A model generated the notes under the pieces. It ran no database searches and was not told where the DNA came from. It was given only the letters and a program-made list of their open reading frames with translations. This document shows positions 1-12,172 of a stretch of 64,000 nucleotides of DNA, piece by piece. The DNA is from Eledone cirrhosa (lineage: Eukaryota): positions 260,958,001-261,022,000 of the forward strand of contig OZ024741.1 in the NCBI GenBank assembly GCA_964016885.1, in the 5' to 3' direction. A program made the translations under genes and the position numbers. Position 1 is the stretch's first letter. Every line of letters starts with the position of its first letter.

Positions 1-2539
1 TACGAGTGTTTCGGCGTACGAGTGTTTTGACTTACGAGTGTTTCGAATTACGAGTGTTTTGACTTACGAATGTTTTGACTTACGGGTGTTTCGGCTTACG
101 AGTGTTTCGACTTACGAGTGTTTCGGCTTGCGAGTGTTTCGACTTACTAATGTTTTTACTTACGAGTTTTTCGGCGTACGAGTGTTTCGACTTACGAGTG
201 TTTCGACTTACGGGTGTTTTGACTTAAGGGTGTTTCGACTTACAAGTGTTTCGACTTACGAGTGTTTCGACTTACGAGTGTTCTGACTTACGAGTGTTCT
301 GATTTACGGATGTTTCGACATACGAGTGTTTCGACTTACGAGTGTTTCGACTTACGAGTGTTTTGACTTAAGGGTGTTTTGACATACGAGTGTTTCGATA
401 CGAGTGTTTCGACTTACGGGTGTTTCGGCTTACGAGTGTTCCGACATACGAGTGTTTTGACTTACGGGTGTTTCGGCTTACGAGTGTTTCGACTTACGAG
501 AGTTTCGACTTACGAGTGTTTCGACTTACGAGTGTTTCGGCTTACGTGAGTTTCGACTTAAGAGTGTTCTGATTTACGAGTGTTCTGATTTGCGGGTGTT
601 CTGATTTACGAGTGTTCCGACTTACGAGTGTTTCGGCTTATGAGTGTTTCGACTTACGAGTGTTTCGGCTTACGAGTGTTTCGACTTATGGGTGTTTCGA
701 CTTACGAGTGTTTTTACTTACGGTGTTTCGACTTACGAGTGTTTTGACTTACGAATATTTTAACTTACGGGTGTTTCGGCTTACGAGTGTTTCGACTTAC
801 TAATGTTCTTACTTACGAGTGTTTCGGCGTACGAGAGTTTTGACTTACGAGTGTTTCGACTTACGAGTGTTTCGACTTACGAGTGTTTTGACTTACGAAT
901 GTTTTGACTTACGGGTGTTTCGGCTTACGAGTGTTTCGACTTACGAGTGTTTCGGCTTACGAGTGTTTCGACTTACTAATGTTTTTACTTACGAGTGTTT
1001 CGGCGTACGAGTGTTTCGACTTACGAGTGTTTCGACTTACGGGTGTTTTGACTTACGGGTGTTTCGGCTTACGAGTGTTTTGACTTACGAGTGTTTTGAC
1101 TTAAGGGTGTTTCGACTTACGAGTATTTTTGGCTTACGAGTGTTTCGACTTACGAGTGTTTTGACTTACGAGTGTTCTGATTTACGGATGTTTCGACATA
1201 CGAGTGTTTCGACTTACGAGTGTTTCGACTTACGAGTGTTTCGGCTTATGATTGTTTCGACTTACGAGTGTTTTGACTTACGGTGTTTCAGCTTACGAGT
1301 GTTTCGACTTACGAGTGTTTTGACTTACGGGTGTTTTGACATACGAGTGTTTCGATACGAGTGTTCTGACTTACGAGTGTTCTGACTTACGAGTGTTTTG
1401 ACTTACGAGTGTTCTGACTTACGAGTGTTCCGACTTACGAGTGTTCCGACTTACGAGTGTTTCGGCTTACGAGTGTTTCCCGCTTACGAGTGTTTCGACT
1501 TACGAGTGTTTTGACTTACGGTGTTTCGGCTTACGAGTGATTCGACTTACGAGTGTTTTGACTTACGGGTGTTTTGACTTACGGGTGTTGTGAATTACGA
1601 GTGTTCCGATTTACGAGTGTTTTGACTTACGGTGTTTCGGCTTACGAGTGATTCGACTTACGAATGTTTTGACTTACGGGTGTTTCGGTTTGCGAGTGTT
1701 TCGACTTACGAGTGTTTCGGCTTATGAGTGTTTCGACTTACTAATGTTTTTACTTACGAGTGTTCTGACTTACGAGTGTTTCGAAGTACGAGTGTTTCGG
1801 CGTACGAGTGTTTTGACTTACGAGTGTTTCGAATTACGAGTGTTTTGACTTACGAATGTTTTGACTTACGGGTGTTTCGGCTTACGAGTGTTTCGACTTA
1901 CGAGTGCTTCGGCTTGCGAGTGTTTCGACTTACTAATGTTTTTACTTACGAGTTTTTCGGCGTACGAGTGTTTCGACTTACGAGTGTTTCGACTTACGGG
2001 TGTTTTGACTTAAGGGTGTTTCGACTTACGAGTGTTCTGACTTACGAGTGTTCTGATTTACGGATGTTTCGACATACGAGTGTTTCGACTTACGAGTGTT
2101 TCGACTTACAAGTGTTTTGACTTACGGGTGTTTTGACATACGAGTGTTTCGATACGAGTGTTTCGACTTACGAGTGTTCTGACTTACGAGTGTTCTGACT
2201 GACGAGTGTTCTGACTTACGAGTGTTCTGATTTACGAGTGTTCCGACTTACGAGTGTTTCGGCTTACGAGTGTTTCGGCTTACGAATGTTTCGACTTACG
2301 AGTGTTTCGACTTACGAGTGTTCCGACTTACGGGTGTTTCGAATTACGAGTGGTTTGGCTTACGGTGTTTCGGCTTACGAGTGTTTCGAGTTACGAGTGT
2401 TTTGACTTACGCGTGTTTTGACATACGAGTGTTTCGATACGAGTGTTCTGACTTACGAGTGTTCTGACTTACGAGTGTTCCGACTTTACGAGTGTTTCGG
2501 CTCACGAGTGTTTCGGCTTACGAGTGTTTCGACTTACGA

Positions 2540-2608
2540 AAATAACAAATAGACGCGGTTTCAAATCTCTATGATTTTCAAATTCATTACATTATTCTTT
2601 ATTTATAC
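2540..2608 (+). repeat. 69-bp AT-rich spacer, subtype A (variant ATTATTC)
   Basis: AAATAACAAATAGACGCGGTTTCAAATCTCTATGATTTTCAAATTCATTACATT... lying between GACTTACGA and GTTTCGCTTTACGAG. Confidence 0.93.
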
Positions 2609-2774
2609 GTTTCGCTTTACGAGTGTTTCGACTTACGAGTGTTTCGACATACGAGTGTTTCGACTTCCGAATGTTTTTGCTTACGGGTGTTTCGACTTAC
2701 GAATGTTTCGGCTTACGAGTGTTTCGGCTTACGAGTGTTCCGACTTAGGAGTGTTTCGGCTTACGAGTGTTTCC

Positions 2775-4748
2775 GGCTTACGAGTGTTTCGACTTACGAG
2801 TGTTTCGACTTTCGAGTGTTTTGACTTACGGTGTTTCGGCTTACGAGTGATTCGACTTACGAGTGTTTTGACTTACGGGTGTTTTGACTTACGGGTGTTG
2901 TGAATTACCAGTGTTCCGATTTACGAGTGTTTTGACTTACGGTGTTTCGGCTTGCGAGTGTTTCGACTTACGAGTGTTTCGGCTTATGAGTGTTTCGACT
3001 TACTAATGTTTTTACTTACGAGTGTTTCGGCGTTCGAGTGTTTTGACTTACGAGTGTTTCGACTTACGAGTGTTTTGACTTACGAATGTTTTGACTTACG
3101 GGTGTTTCGGCTTACGGGTGTTTCGACTTACGAGTGTTTCGACTTATGAGTGTTTCGACTTACGAGTGTTCTGACTTACGAGTGTTCTGACTTGCGAGTG
3201 TTCCGACTTACGAGTGTTTCGGTTTACGAGTGTTTCGACATACGAGTGTTTTGACTTACGGGTGTTTCGACTTACGGGTGTTTCGACTTACGAGTGTTTC
3301 GGCTTACGAGTGTTTCGAATTACTAATGTTTTTACTTACGAGTGTTTCGGTGTACGAATGTTTTGACTTAAGGATGTTTCGACTTACGAATGTTTCGACT
3401 TACGAGTGTTTCGGCTTACGTGAGTTTCGACTTAAGAGTGTTCTGATTTACGAGTGTTCTGATTTGCGGGTGTTCTGATTTACGAGTGTTCCGACTTACG
3501 AGTGTTTCGGCTTATGAGGGTTTCGACTTACGAGTGTTTCGGCTTACGAGTGTTTCGACTTATGGGTGTTTCGACTTACGAGTGTTTTTACTTACGGTGT
3601 TTCGGCTTACGAGTGTTTCGACATACGAGTGTTTTGACTTACGGGTGTTTCGGCTTACGAGTGTTTCGACTTACGAGAGTTTCGGCTTACGAGTGTTTCG
3701 ACTTACTAATGTTTTTACTTACGAGTGTTTCGGCGTACGAGAGTTTTGACTTACGAGTGTTTCGACTTACGAGTGTTTCGACTTTCGAGTGTTTTGACTT
3801 ACGGTGTTTCGGCTTACGAGTGATTCGACTTACGAGTGTTTTGACTTACGGGTGTTTTGACTTACGGGTGTTGTGAATTACCAGTTTTCCGATTTACGAG
3901 TGTTTTGACTTACGGTGTTTCGGCTTGCGAGTGTTTCGACTTACGAGTGTTTCGGCTTATGAGTGTTTCGACTTACTAATGTTTTTACTTACGAGTGTTT
4001 CGGCGTTCGAGTGTTTTGACTTACGAGTGTTTCGACTTACGAGTGTTTTGACTTACGAATGTTTTGACTTACGGGTGTTTCGGCTTACGGGTGTTTCGAC
4101 TTACGAGTGTTTCGACTTATGAGTGTTTCGACTTACGAGTGTTCTGACTTACGAGTGTTCTGACTTGCGAGTGTTCCGACTTACGAGTGTTTCGGTTTAC
4201 GAGTGTTTCGACATACGAGTGTTTTGACTTACGGGTGTTTCGACTTACGGGTGTTTCGACTTACGAGTGTTTCGGCTTACGAGTGTTTCGAATTACTAAT
4301 ATTTTTACTTACGAGTGTTTCGGTGTACGAATGATTTGACTTAAGGATGTTTCGACTTACGAATGTTTCGACTTACGAGTGTTTCGGCTTACGTGAGTTT
4401 CGACTTAAGAGTGTTCTGATTTACGAGTGTTCTGATTTGCGGGTGTTCTGATTTACGAGTGTTCCGACTTACGAGTGTTTCGGCTTATGAGGGTTTCGAC
4501 TTACGAGTGTTTCGGCTTACGAGTGTTTCGACTTATGGGTGTTTCGACTTACGAGTGTTTTTACTTACGGTGTTTCGGCTTACGAGTGTTTCGACATACG
4601 AGTGTTTTGACTTACGGGTGTTTCGGCTTACGAGTGTTTCGACTTACGAGAGTTTCGGCTTACGAGTGTTTCGACTTACTAATGTTTTTACTTACGAGTG
4701 TTTCGGCGTACGAGAGTTTTGACTTACGAGTGTTTCGACTTACGAGTG
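2775..4748 (+). repeat. 973-bp tandem duplication of a satellite block (boundaries approximate)
   Basis: Rare variants recur at +973 (ACTTTCGAG at 2808/3781, also TGAATTACCAG and ATGAGGG). ORF pairs 2952/3925, 3486/4459 and 3502/4475 share the same offset. Confidence 0.88.
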
Positions 4749-7700
4749 TTTTGACTTACGAATGTTTTGACTTACGGGTGTTTCGGCTTATGAGTGTTTC
4801 GACTTACGAGTCTTTCGGCTTACGAGTGTTTCGACTTACTAATGTTTTTACTTACGAGTGTTTCGGCGTACGAGTGTTTCGACTTACGAGTGTTTCGACT
4901 TACGGGTGTTTTGACTTACGGGTGTTTCGGCTTACGAGTGTTTCGACTTACGAGTGTTTTGATTTAAGGGTGTTCTGATTTACGGATGTTTCGACATACG
5001 AGTGTTTCGACTTACGAGTGTTTCGACTTATGAGTGTTTCGTCTTACGAGTGTTTCGGCTTACGAGTGTTTCGACTTACGAGTGTTTTGACTTACGGTGT
5101 TTCGGCTTACGAGTGTTTCGACTTACGAGTGTTTGGACTTACGGGTGTTTTGACATACGAGTGTTTCGATACGAGTGTTCTGACTTACGAGTGTTCTGAC
5201 TTACGAGTGTTTTGACTTACGAGTGTTCTGACTTACGAGTGTTCCGACTTACGAGTGTTCCGACTTACGAGTGTTTCGGCTTACGAGTGTTTCCGGCTTA
5301 CGAGTGTTTCGACTTCCGAGTGTTTTGACTTACGGTGTTTCGGCTTACGAGTGATTCGACTTACGAGTGTTTTGACTTACGGGTGATTTGACGTACGGGT
5401 GTTGTAAATTACGAGTGTTCCGATTTACGAGTGTTTTGACTTACGGTGTTTCGGCTTACGAGTGATTCGACTTACGAGTGTTTCGGTTTACGTGAGTTTC
5501 GACTTAAGTGTGTTCTGATTTACGAGTGTTCTGACTTGCGGGTGTTCTGATTTACGAGTGTTCCGACTTACGAGTGTTTCGGCTTATGAGTGTTTCGACT
5601 TACGAGTGTTTCGTCTTACGAGTGTTTCGACTTATGGGTGTTTCGACTTACCAGTGTTTTTATTTACGGTGTTTCGACTTACGAGTGTTTTGACTTACGA
5701 ATATTTTGACTTACGGGTGTTTCGGCTTACGAGTGTTTCGACTTACTAATGTTCTTACTTACGAGTGTTTCGGCGTACGAGAGTTTTGACTTACGAGTGT
5801 TTCGACTTACGAGTGTTTCGACTTACGAGTGTTTTGACTTACGAATGTTTTGACTTACGGGTGTTTCGGCTTACGAGTGTTTCGACTTACGAGTGTTTCG
5901 GCTTACGAGTGTTTCGACTTACTAATGTTTTTACTTACGAGTGTTTCGGCGTACGAGTGTTTCGACTTACGAGTGTTTCGACTTACGGGTGTTTTGACTT
6001 ACGGGTGTTTCGGCTTACGAGTGTTTTGACTTACGAGTGTTTTGACTTAAGGGTGTTTCGACTTACGAGTATTTTTGGCTTACCAGTGTTTCGACTTACG
6101 AGTGTTTTGACTTACGAGTGTTCTGATTTACGGATGTTTCGACATACGAGTGTTTCGACTTACGAGTGTTTCGACTTATGAGTGTTTCGACTTACGAGTG
6201 CTTCGGCTTACGAGTGTTTCGACTTACGAGTATTTCGGCTTACGAGTGTTTCGACGTACGAATGTTTTGGCTTACGAGTGTTTCGGCTTATGAGTGTTTC
6301 GGCTTACGAGTGTTTCGACTTACGAGTGTTTCGTCTTACGAGTGTTTCAGTGTTTCGGCTTACGTGTGTTTCGACTTACGAGTGTTTCGACTTACGACTG
6401 TTTCGGCTTACGAGTGTTTCGGCTTACGAGTGTTTCGGCTTACGAGTGTTTTGACTTATGAGTGTTTCGACTTATGAGTGCTTCGACTTACGAGTGTTTC
6501 GACTTACGAGCGCTTCGACTTACGAGTGTTTCGTCTTACGAGTGTTTCGGCGTATGAGTGTTTTGACTTACGAGTGTTTCGACTTACGAGTATTTCGACT
6601 TACGAGTGTTTCGAATTACGAGTGTTTCGACTTACGAGTGTTTTGACTTACGTGTGTTTTGACTTACGGTGTTCCTGCTTACGAGTGTTACGACTTACGA
6701 GTGTTATGACTTACGGGTGTTTTGACATACGAGTGTTTCGATACGAGTGTTCTGACTTACGAGTGTTCTGACTTACGAGTGTTTCGACATACGAGTGTTT
6801 TGACTTACGGGTGTTTCGACTTACGAGTGTTTTGACTTACGAATGTTTTGACTTACGGGTGTTTCGGCTTTCGAGTGTTTCGACTTACGAGTGTTTCGGC
6901 TTACGAGTGTTTCGACTTACTAATGTTTTTACTTACGAGTGTTTCGGCGTACGAGTGTTTCGACTTCCAAGTGTTTCGACTTACGGGTGTTTTGACTTAC
7001 GGGTGTTTCGGCTTACGAGTGTTTTGACTTACGAGTGTTTTGACTTAAGGGTGTTTCGACTTACGAGTATTTTTGGCTTACGAGTGTTTCGACTTACGAG
7101 TGTTTTGACTTACGAGTGTTCTGATTTACGGATGTTTCGACATACGAGTGTTTCGACTTACGAGTGTTTCGACTTATGAGTGCTTCGACTTACGAGTGTT
7201 TCGATTTACGAGTGTTTCGGCTTATGATTGTTTCGACTTACGAGTGTTTTGACTTACGGTGTTTCAGCTTACGAGTGTTTCGACTTACGAGTGTTTTGAC
7301 TTACGGGTGTTTTGACATACGAGTGTTTCGATACGAGTGTTCTGACTTACGAGTGTTCTGACTTACGAGTGTTTTGACTTACGAGTGTTCGGACTTACGA
7401 GTGTTCCGACTTACGAGTGTTCCGACTTACGAGTGTTTCGGCTTACGAGTGTTTCCGGCTTACGAGTGTTTCGACTTACGAGTGTTTTGACTTACGGTGT
7501 TTCGGCTTACGAGTGATTCGACTTACGAGTGTTTTGACTTACGGGTGTTTTGACTTACGGGTGTTGTGAATTACGAGTGTTCCGATTTACGAGTGTTTTG
7601 ACTTACGGTGTTTCGGCTTACGAGTGATTCGACTTACGAATGTTTTGACTTACGGGTGTTTCGGCTTGCTAGTGTTTCGACTTACGAGTGTTTCGGCTTA

Positions 7701-8508
7701 TGAGTGTTTCGACTTACTACTGTTTTTACTTACGAGTGTTTCGGCGTACGAGTGTTTTGACTTACGAGTGTTTCGAATTACGAGTGTTTTGACTTACGAA
7801 TGTTTTGACTTACGGGTGTTTCGGCTTACGAGTGTTTCGACTTACGAGTGTTTCGGCTTGCGAGTGTTTCGACTTACGAGTGCTTCGGCTTACGAGTGTT
7901 TCGACTTACGAGTATTTCGGCTTACGAGTGTTTCGACGTACGAATGTTTTGGCTTACGAGTGTTTCGGCTTATGAGTGTTTCGGCTTACGAGTGTTTCGA
8001 CTTACGAGTGTTTCGGCTTACGAGTGTTTCAGTGTTTCGGCTTACGTGTGTTTCGACTTACGAGTGTTTCGACCTACGACTGTTTCGGCTTACGAGTGTA
8101 TCGGCTTACGAGTGTTTCGGCTTACGAGTGTTTTGACTTACGAGTGTTTTGACTTACGATTGTTTGGCTTACGAGTGTTCTGACTTACGGGTGTTCTGAC
8201 TTACGAGTGTTCCGACTTACGAGTGTTTCGGCTTACGAGTGTTTCGGCTTACGAGGGTTTCGACTTACGAGTGTTTCGACTTACGGGTGTTTCGACTTAC
8301 GAGTGGTTTGGCTTACGGTGTTTCGGCTTACGAGTGTTTCGAATTACGAGTGTTTTGACTTACGCGTGTTTTGACATACGAGTGTTTCGATACGAGTGTT
8401 CTGACTTACGAGTGTTCTGACTTACGAGTGTTCTGACTTACGAGTGTTCCGACTTTACGAGTGTTTCGGCTTACGAGTGTTTCGGCTTACGAGTGTTTCG
8501 ACTTACGA

Positions 8509-8577
8509 AAATAACAAATAGACGCGGTTTCAAATCTCTATGATTTTCAAATTCATTACATTAATCTTTATTTATAC
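8509..8577 (+). repeat. 69-bp spacer, subtype A
   Basis: ATCTCTATGATTTTCAAA / TTTATAC diagnostic, same junctions. Confidence 0.93.
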
Positions 8578-9705
8578 GTTTCGCTTTACGAGTGTTTCGA
8601 CTTACGAGTGTTCCGACTTACGAGTGTTCCGACTTACGAGTGTTTCGGCTTACGAGTGTTTCCGGCTTACGAGTGTTTCGACTTACGAGTGTTTTGACTT
8701 ACGGTGTTTCGGCTTACGAGTGATTCGACTTACGAGTGTTTTGACTTACGGGTGTTTTGACTTACGGGTGTTGTGAATTACGAGTGTTCCGATTTACGAG
8801 TGTTTTGACTTACGGTGTTTCGGCTTACGAGTGATTCGACTTACGAATGTTTTGACTTACGGGTGTTTCGGCTTGCTAGTGTTTCGACTTACGAGTGTTT
8901 CGGCTTATGAGTGTTTCGACTTACTACTGTTTTTACTTACGAGTGTTTCGGCGTACGAGTGTTTTGACTTACGAGTGTTTCGAATTACGAGTGTTTTGAC
9001 TTACGAATGTTTTGACTTACGGGTGTTTCGGCTTACGAGTGTTTCGACTTACGAGTGTTTCGGCTTGCGAGTGTTTCGACTTACTAATGTTTTTACTTAC
9101 GAGTTTTTCGGCGTACGAGTGTTTCGACTTACGAGTGTTTCGTCTTACGGGTGTTTTGACTTAAGGGTGTTTCGACTTACAAGTGTTTCGACTTACGAGT
9201 GTTTCGACTTACCAGTGTTCTGACTTACGAGTGTTCTGATTTACGGATGTTTCGACATACGAGTGTTTCGACTTACGAGTGTTTCGACTTACGAGTGTTT
9301 TGACTTACGGGTGTTTTGACATACGAGTGTTTCGATACGAGTGTTTCGACTTACGAGTGTTCTGACTTACGAGTGTTCTGACTTACGAGTGTTCTGATTT
9401 ACGAGTGTTCCGACTTACGAGTGTTTCGGCTTACGAGTGTTTCGGCTTACGAGTGTTTCGACTTACGAGTGTTTCGACTTACGAGTGTTCCGACTTACGG
9501 GTGTTTCGACTTACGAGTGGTTTGGCTTACGGTGTTTCGGCTTACGAGTGTTTCGAGTTACGAGTGTTTTGACTTACGCGTGTTTTGACATACGAGTGTT
9601 TCGATACGAGTGTTCTGACTTACGAGTGTTCTGACTTACGAGTGTTCCGACTTACGAGTGTTTCTACTTACGAGTGTTTCGGCTTACGAGTGTTTCGACT
9701 TACGA

Positions 9706-9774
9706 AAATAACAAATAGACGCGGTTTCAAATATCTATGCTTTTCAAATTCATTACATTAATCTTTATTTACAC
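9706..9774 (+). repeat. 69-bp spacer, subtype B
   Basis: ATATCTATGCTTTTCAAA / TTTACAC diagnostic. Confidence 0.93.
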
Positions 9775-10417
9775 GTTTCGCTTTACGAGTGTTTCGACGT
9801 ACAAGTGTTTCGACTTACGAGTGTTTTAACTTACGGTTGTTTCGACTTACGCGTTTTTAGACTACGAATGTTCCGACTTACGAGTGTTTCGACTTACGAG
9901 TGTTTCGACTTGCGAGTGCTTTGACTTACGAATGTTTTGACTTACTTCGACTTACGAGTGATCTGACTTACGAGTGTTCCTACTTACGAGTGTTTCGACT
10001 TACGAGTGTTTCGACTTGCGAGTGTTTCGACTTACGAGTGCTTCGGCTTACGAGTGTTTCGGTGTTTCGGCTTACCTGTGTTTCGACTTACGAGTGTTTC
10101 GACTTACGAGTGTTTCGGCTTATGAGTGTTTCGACTTACGAGTGCTTCGGCTTACGAGTGTTTCGACTTACGAGTATTTCGGCTTACGAGTGTTTCCACG
10201 TACGAATGTTTTGGCTTACGAGTGTTTCGGCTTATGAGTGTTCGACTTACGAGTGTTTCGACTTACGAGTGTTTCGGCTTACGAGTGTTTCGACTTACGA
10301 GTGTTTCGGCTTACGAGTGTTTCAGTGTTTCGGCTTACGTGTGTTTCGACTTACGAGTGTTTCGACTTACGACTGTTTCGGCTTACGAGTGTTTCGGCTT
10401 ACGAGTGTTTCGGCTTA

Positions 10418-10500
10418 TATATAAACGTTTCTATTTCCATCGTTTTATCGTAAACGTTTATATATTTCTATCGTTATATCATAACGTTTATATTTCCGTC
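10418..10500 (+). repeat. Degenerate about 30-bp tandem repeat (TAAACGTTTATATTTCCATCGTTTTATCG-like, about 2.7 copies) at the left edge of each island
   Basis: AACGTTT(A/C)TATTTC(C/T)(A/G)TC-like motif seen three times in about 83 bp. Present in all five islands. Confidence 0.75.
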
Positions 10501-10677
10501 ACTAATCTCTTTTTCTCCTTTTCCGTTTTAATATATATTTATTTCAAAGATTTCACCGTATAGATAACATATATATTTATACATGCATAAAAGACACACC
10601 GAGAGACGGTGAAAATGTGGTGCCAAAAACATTTCTCATCCAAATCTCAACAATATCAGTATATACACTAGATTTGC

Positions 10678-10712
10678 TAGCAGAAAACCGCCCACCGGGT
10701 GGTTTTCTGCTA
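10678..10712. repeat. 35-bp inverted repeat TAGCAGAAAACCGCCC-ACC-GGGTGGTTTTCTGCTA (also 16743-16777, 22572-22606, 28433-28467, 31951-31985)
   Basis: 12-bp perfect arms, one G-T pair, CCC/GGG and a 3-nt loop. Confidence 0.95.
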
Positions 10713-10728
10713 TTCTATATATATAAAA

Positions 10729-11200
10729 CTGAGGATGTCTGTCTGTGTGTGAGTTTGAATCCCTAAAACTCGAGAACCACCCAACCGACTGTTTTCAAAC
10801 TTTACACATGTAATAATTATGTTTCAGGGAGTGTTCTGAGAAAAGAATATTTCAAATTTTCAATGCCGTAGGGACCACATTAGGCGATTTAGCGATCTCT
10901 CTCTATAATTCTTAGTCTTTCTCTTTTTAGATAGAATTTTCAATGTCGTAGGGACCACATTAGGCGATTTAGCGATCTCTCTCTATAATTCTTAGTCTTC
11001 CTCTTTTTAGATAGATACATACATATGACGTCGTGCCCTTATAATATCTGTCTGTATGTCTGGCTGTCTGCATTACGTCACTTCCCTGAGGATGTCTGTG
11101 TGTGTGTGTGTCTGTGAGTTTGAATCCCTAAAATGCGAGAAGTACCCAACCGATTTTTTTCAAACTTTACATGTGTATTACTTATGTTTCAGGGAGTGTT
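10729..11200 (+). repeat. Two diverged direct copies of the Helitron-like 5' subterminal segment (10729-10835 and 11086-11200), present in every island
   Basis: Both read CTGAGGATGTCTGT..(GT)n..GAGTTTGAATCCCTAAAA..CGAGAA..ACCCAACCGA..TTTTCAAACTTTACA..TTATGTTTCAGGGAGTGTT. They differ by several substitutions and by GT tract length. Confidence 0.92.
10855..11014 (+). repeat. 80-bp tandem duplication inside the island (present in every island)
   Basis: AATTTTCAATG(C/T)CGTAGGGACCACATTAGGCGATTTAGCGATCTCTCTCTATAATTCTTAGTCTTTCTCTTTTTAGATAG at 10855 and 10935, with 1-2 mismatches. Confidence 0.95.
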
Positions 11201-12103
11201 TGTTATGCACATAAAATTCAACCTTTTGATCTGGTGTTTTGACTTACGAGTGTTTCGATACGAGTGTTTCGACTTACGAGTGTTCTGACTTACGAGTGTT
11301 CTGACTTACGAGCGTTCTGACTTACGAGTGTTCCGACTTACGTGTGTTTCGGCTTACGAGTGTTTCGACTTACGAGTGTTCTGACTTACGAGTGTTTCGA
11401 CTTACGAGCGTTCCGACTTACGAGTGTTTCGACTTACGAGTGTTTCGACTTACGAGTGTTTCGACTTACGAGTGTTTTGACTTACGGGTGTTTCGACTTA
11501 CGAGTGTTTCGACTTACGAGTGTTTTAACTTACGGGTGTTTCGACTTACACGTGTTTCGACTTGCGAGTGTTTCGACTTACGAGTATTTCGATTACGAGT
11601 GTTTCGACTTACGAGTGTTTTGACTTACGGTGTTTCGGCTTACGAGTGTTTCGACATACGAGTGTTTCGGCGTACGAGTGTTTTGACTTACGAGTGTTTC
11701 GACTTACGAGTGCTTTGACTTACGAATGTTTTGAATTACTTCGACTTACGAGTGATCTGACTTTCGAGTGTTCCTACTTACGAGTGTTTCGACATACGAG
11801 TGTTTCGACTTGCGAGTGTTTCGACTTACGAGTGTTTCGACTTACGAGTGTTCTGACTTACGAGTGTTCTGACTTACGATTGTTCCGACTTACGAGTGTT
11901 TTGACTTACGAATGTTCTGACTTACGGGTGTTTCGCCTTACGAGTGTTTCGACTTACGAGTGTTTTAACTTACGGGTGTTTCGACTTACGCGTGTTTCGA
12001 CTTACGAGTGTTTCGACTTACGAGTGTTTCGACTTACGAATGTTCCGACTTACGAGTGTTTCTACTTACGAGTGTTTCGGCTTACGAGTGTTTCGACTTA
12101 CGA

Positions 12104-12172
12104 AAATAACAAATAGACGCGGTTTCAAATATCTATGCTTTTCACATTCATTACATTAATCTTTATTTATAC
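12104..12172 (+). repeat. 69-bp spacer, subtype C
   Basis: ATATCTATGCTTTTCACA / TTTATAC diagnostic. Confidence 0.93.

Larger units (their letters stand above)
10418..11232 (+). mobile_element. 815-bp non-satellite island 1 containing non-autonomous Helitron-like terminal fragments
   Basis: AT-rich non-satellite sequence. Hairpin at 10678-10712, then TCTATATATATAAAACTGAGGATGTCTGTCTGTGTGTG from 10714 and AACCGA..TTTTCAAACTT downstream, a layout typical of 5' ends of metazoan non-autonomous Helitrons. No Rep/helicase coding sequence. Confidence 0.65.

Noticed and set aside
305-315. TACGGATGT variant resembling part of Candida-type telomeric repeats
   Set aside because: It is a short match in a minority variant, and the consensus monomer and kb-scale duplication structure do not fit a telomerase product.
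10678-10720. Rho-independent terminator or bacterial REP element
   Set aside because: There is no upstream gene and no U-tract after the full stem. The context (satellite, GT microsatellite, Helitron-like end) is eukaryotic.
10418-11232. Autonomous transposon, tRNA/SINE or protein-coding exon within the islands
   Set aside because: No transposase or Rep/helicase ORF, no recognisable A/B boxes or cloverleaf, and no terminal inverted repeats or target-site duplication around the 815 bp. ORF tails entering it are low-complexity read-through from the satellite.
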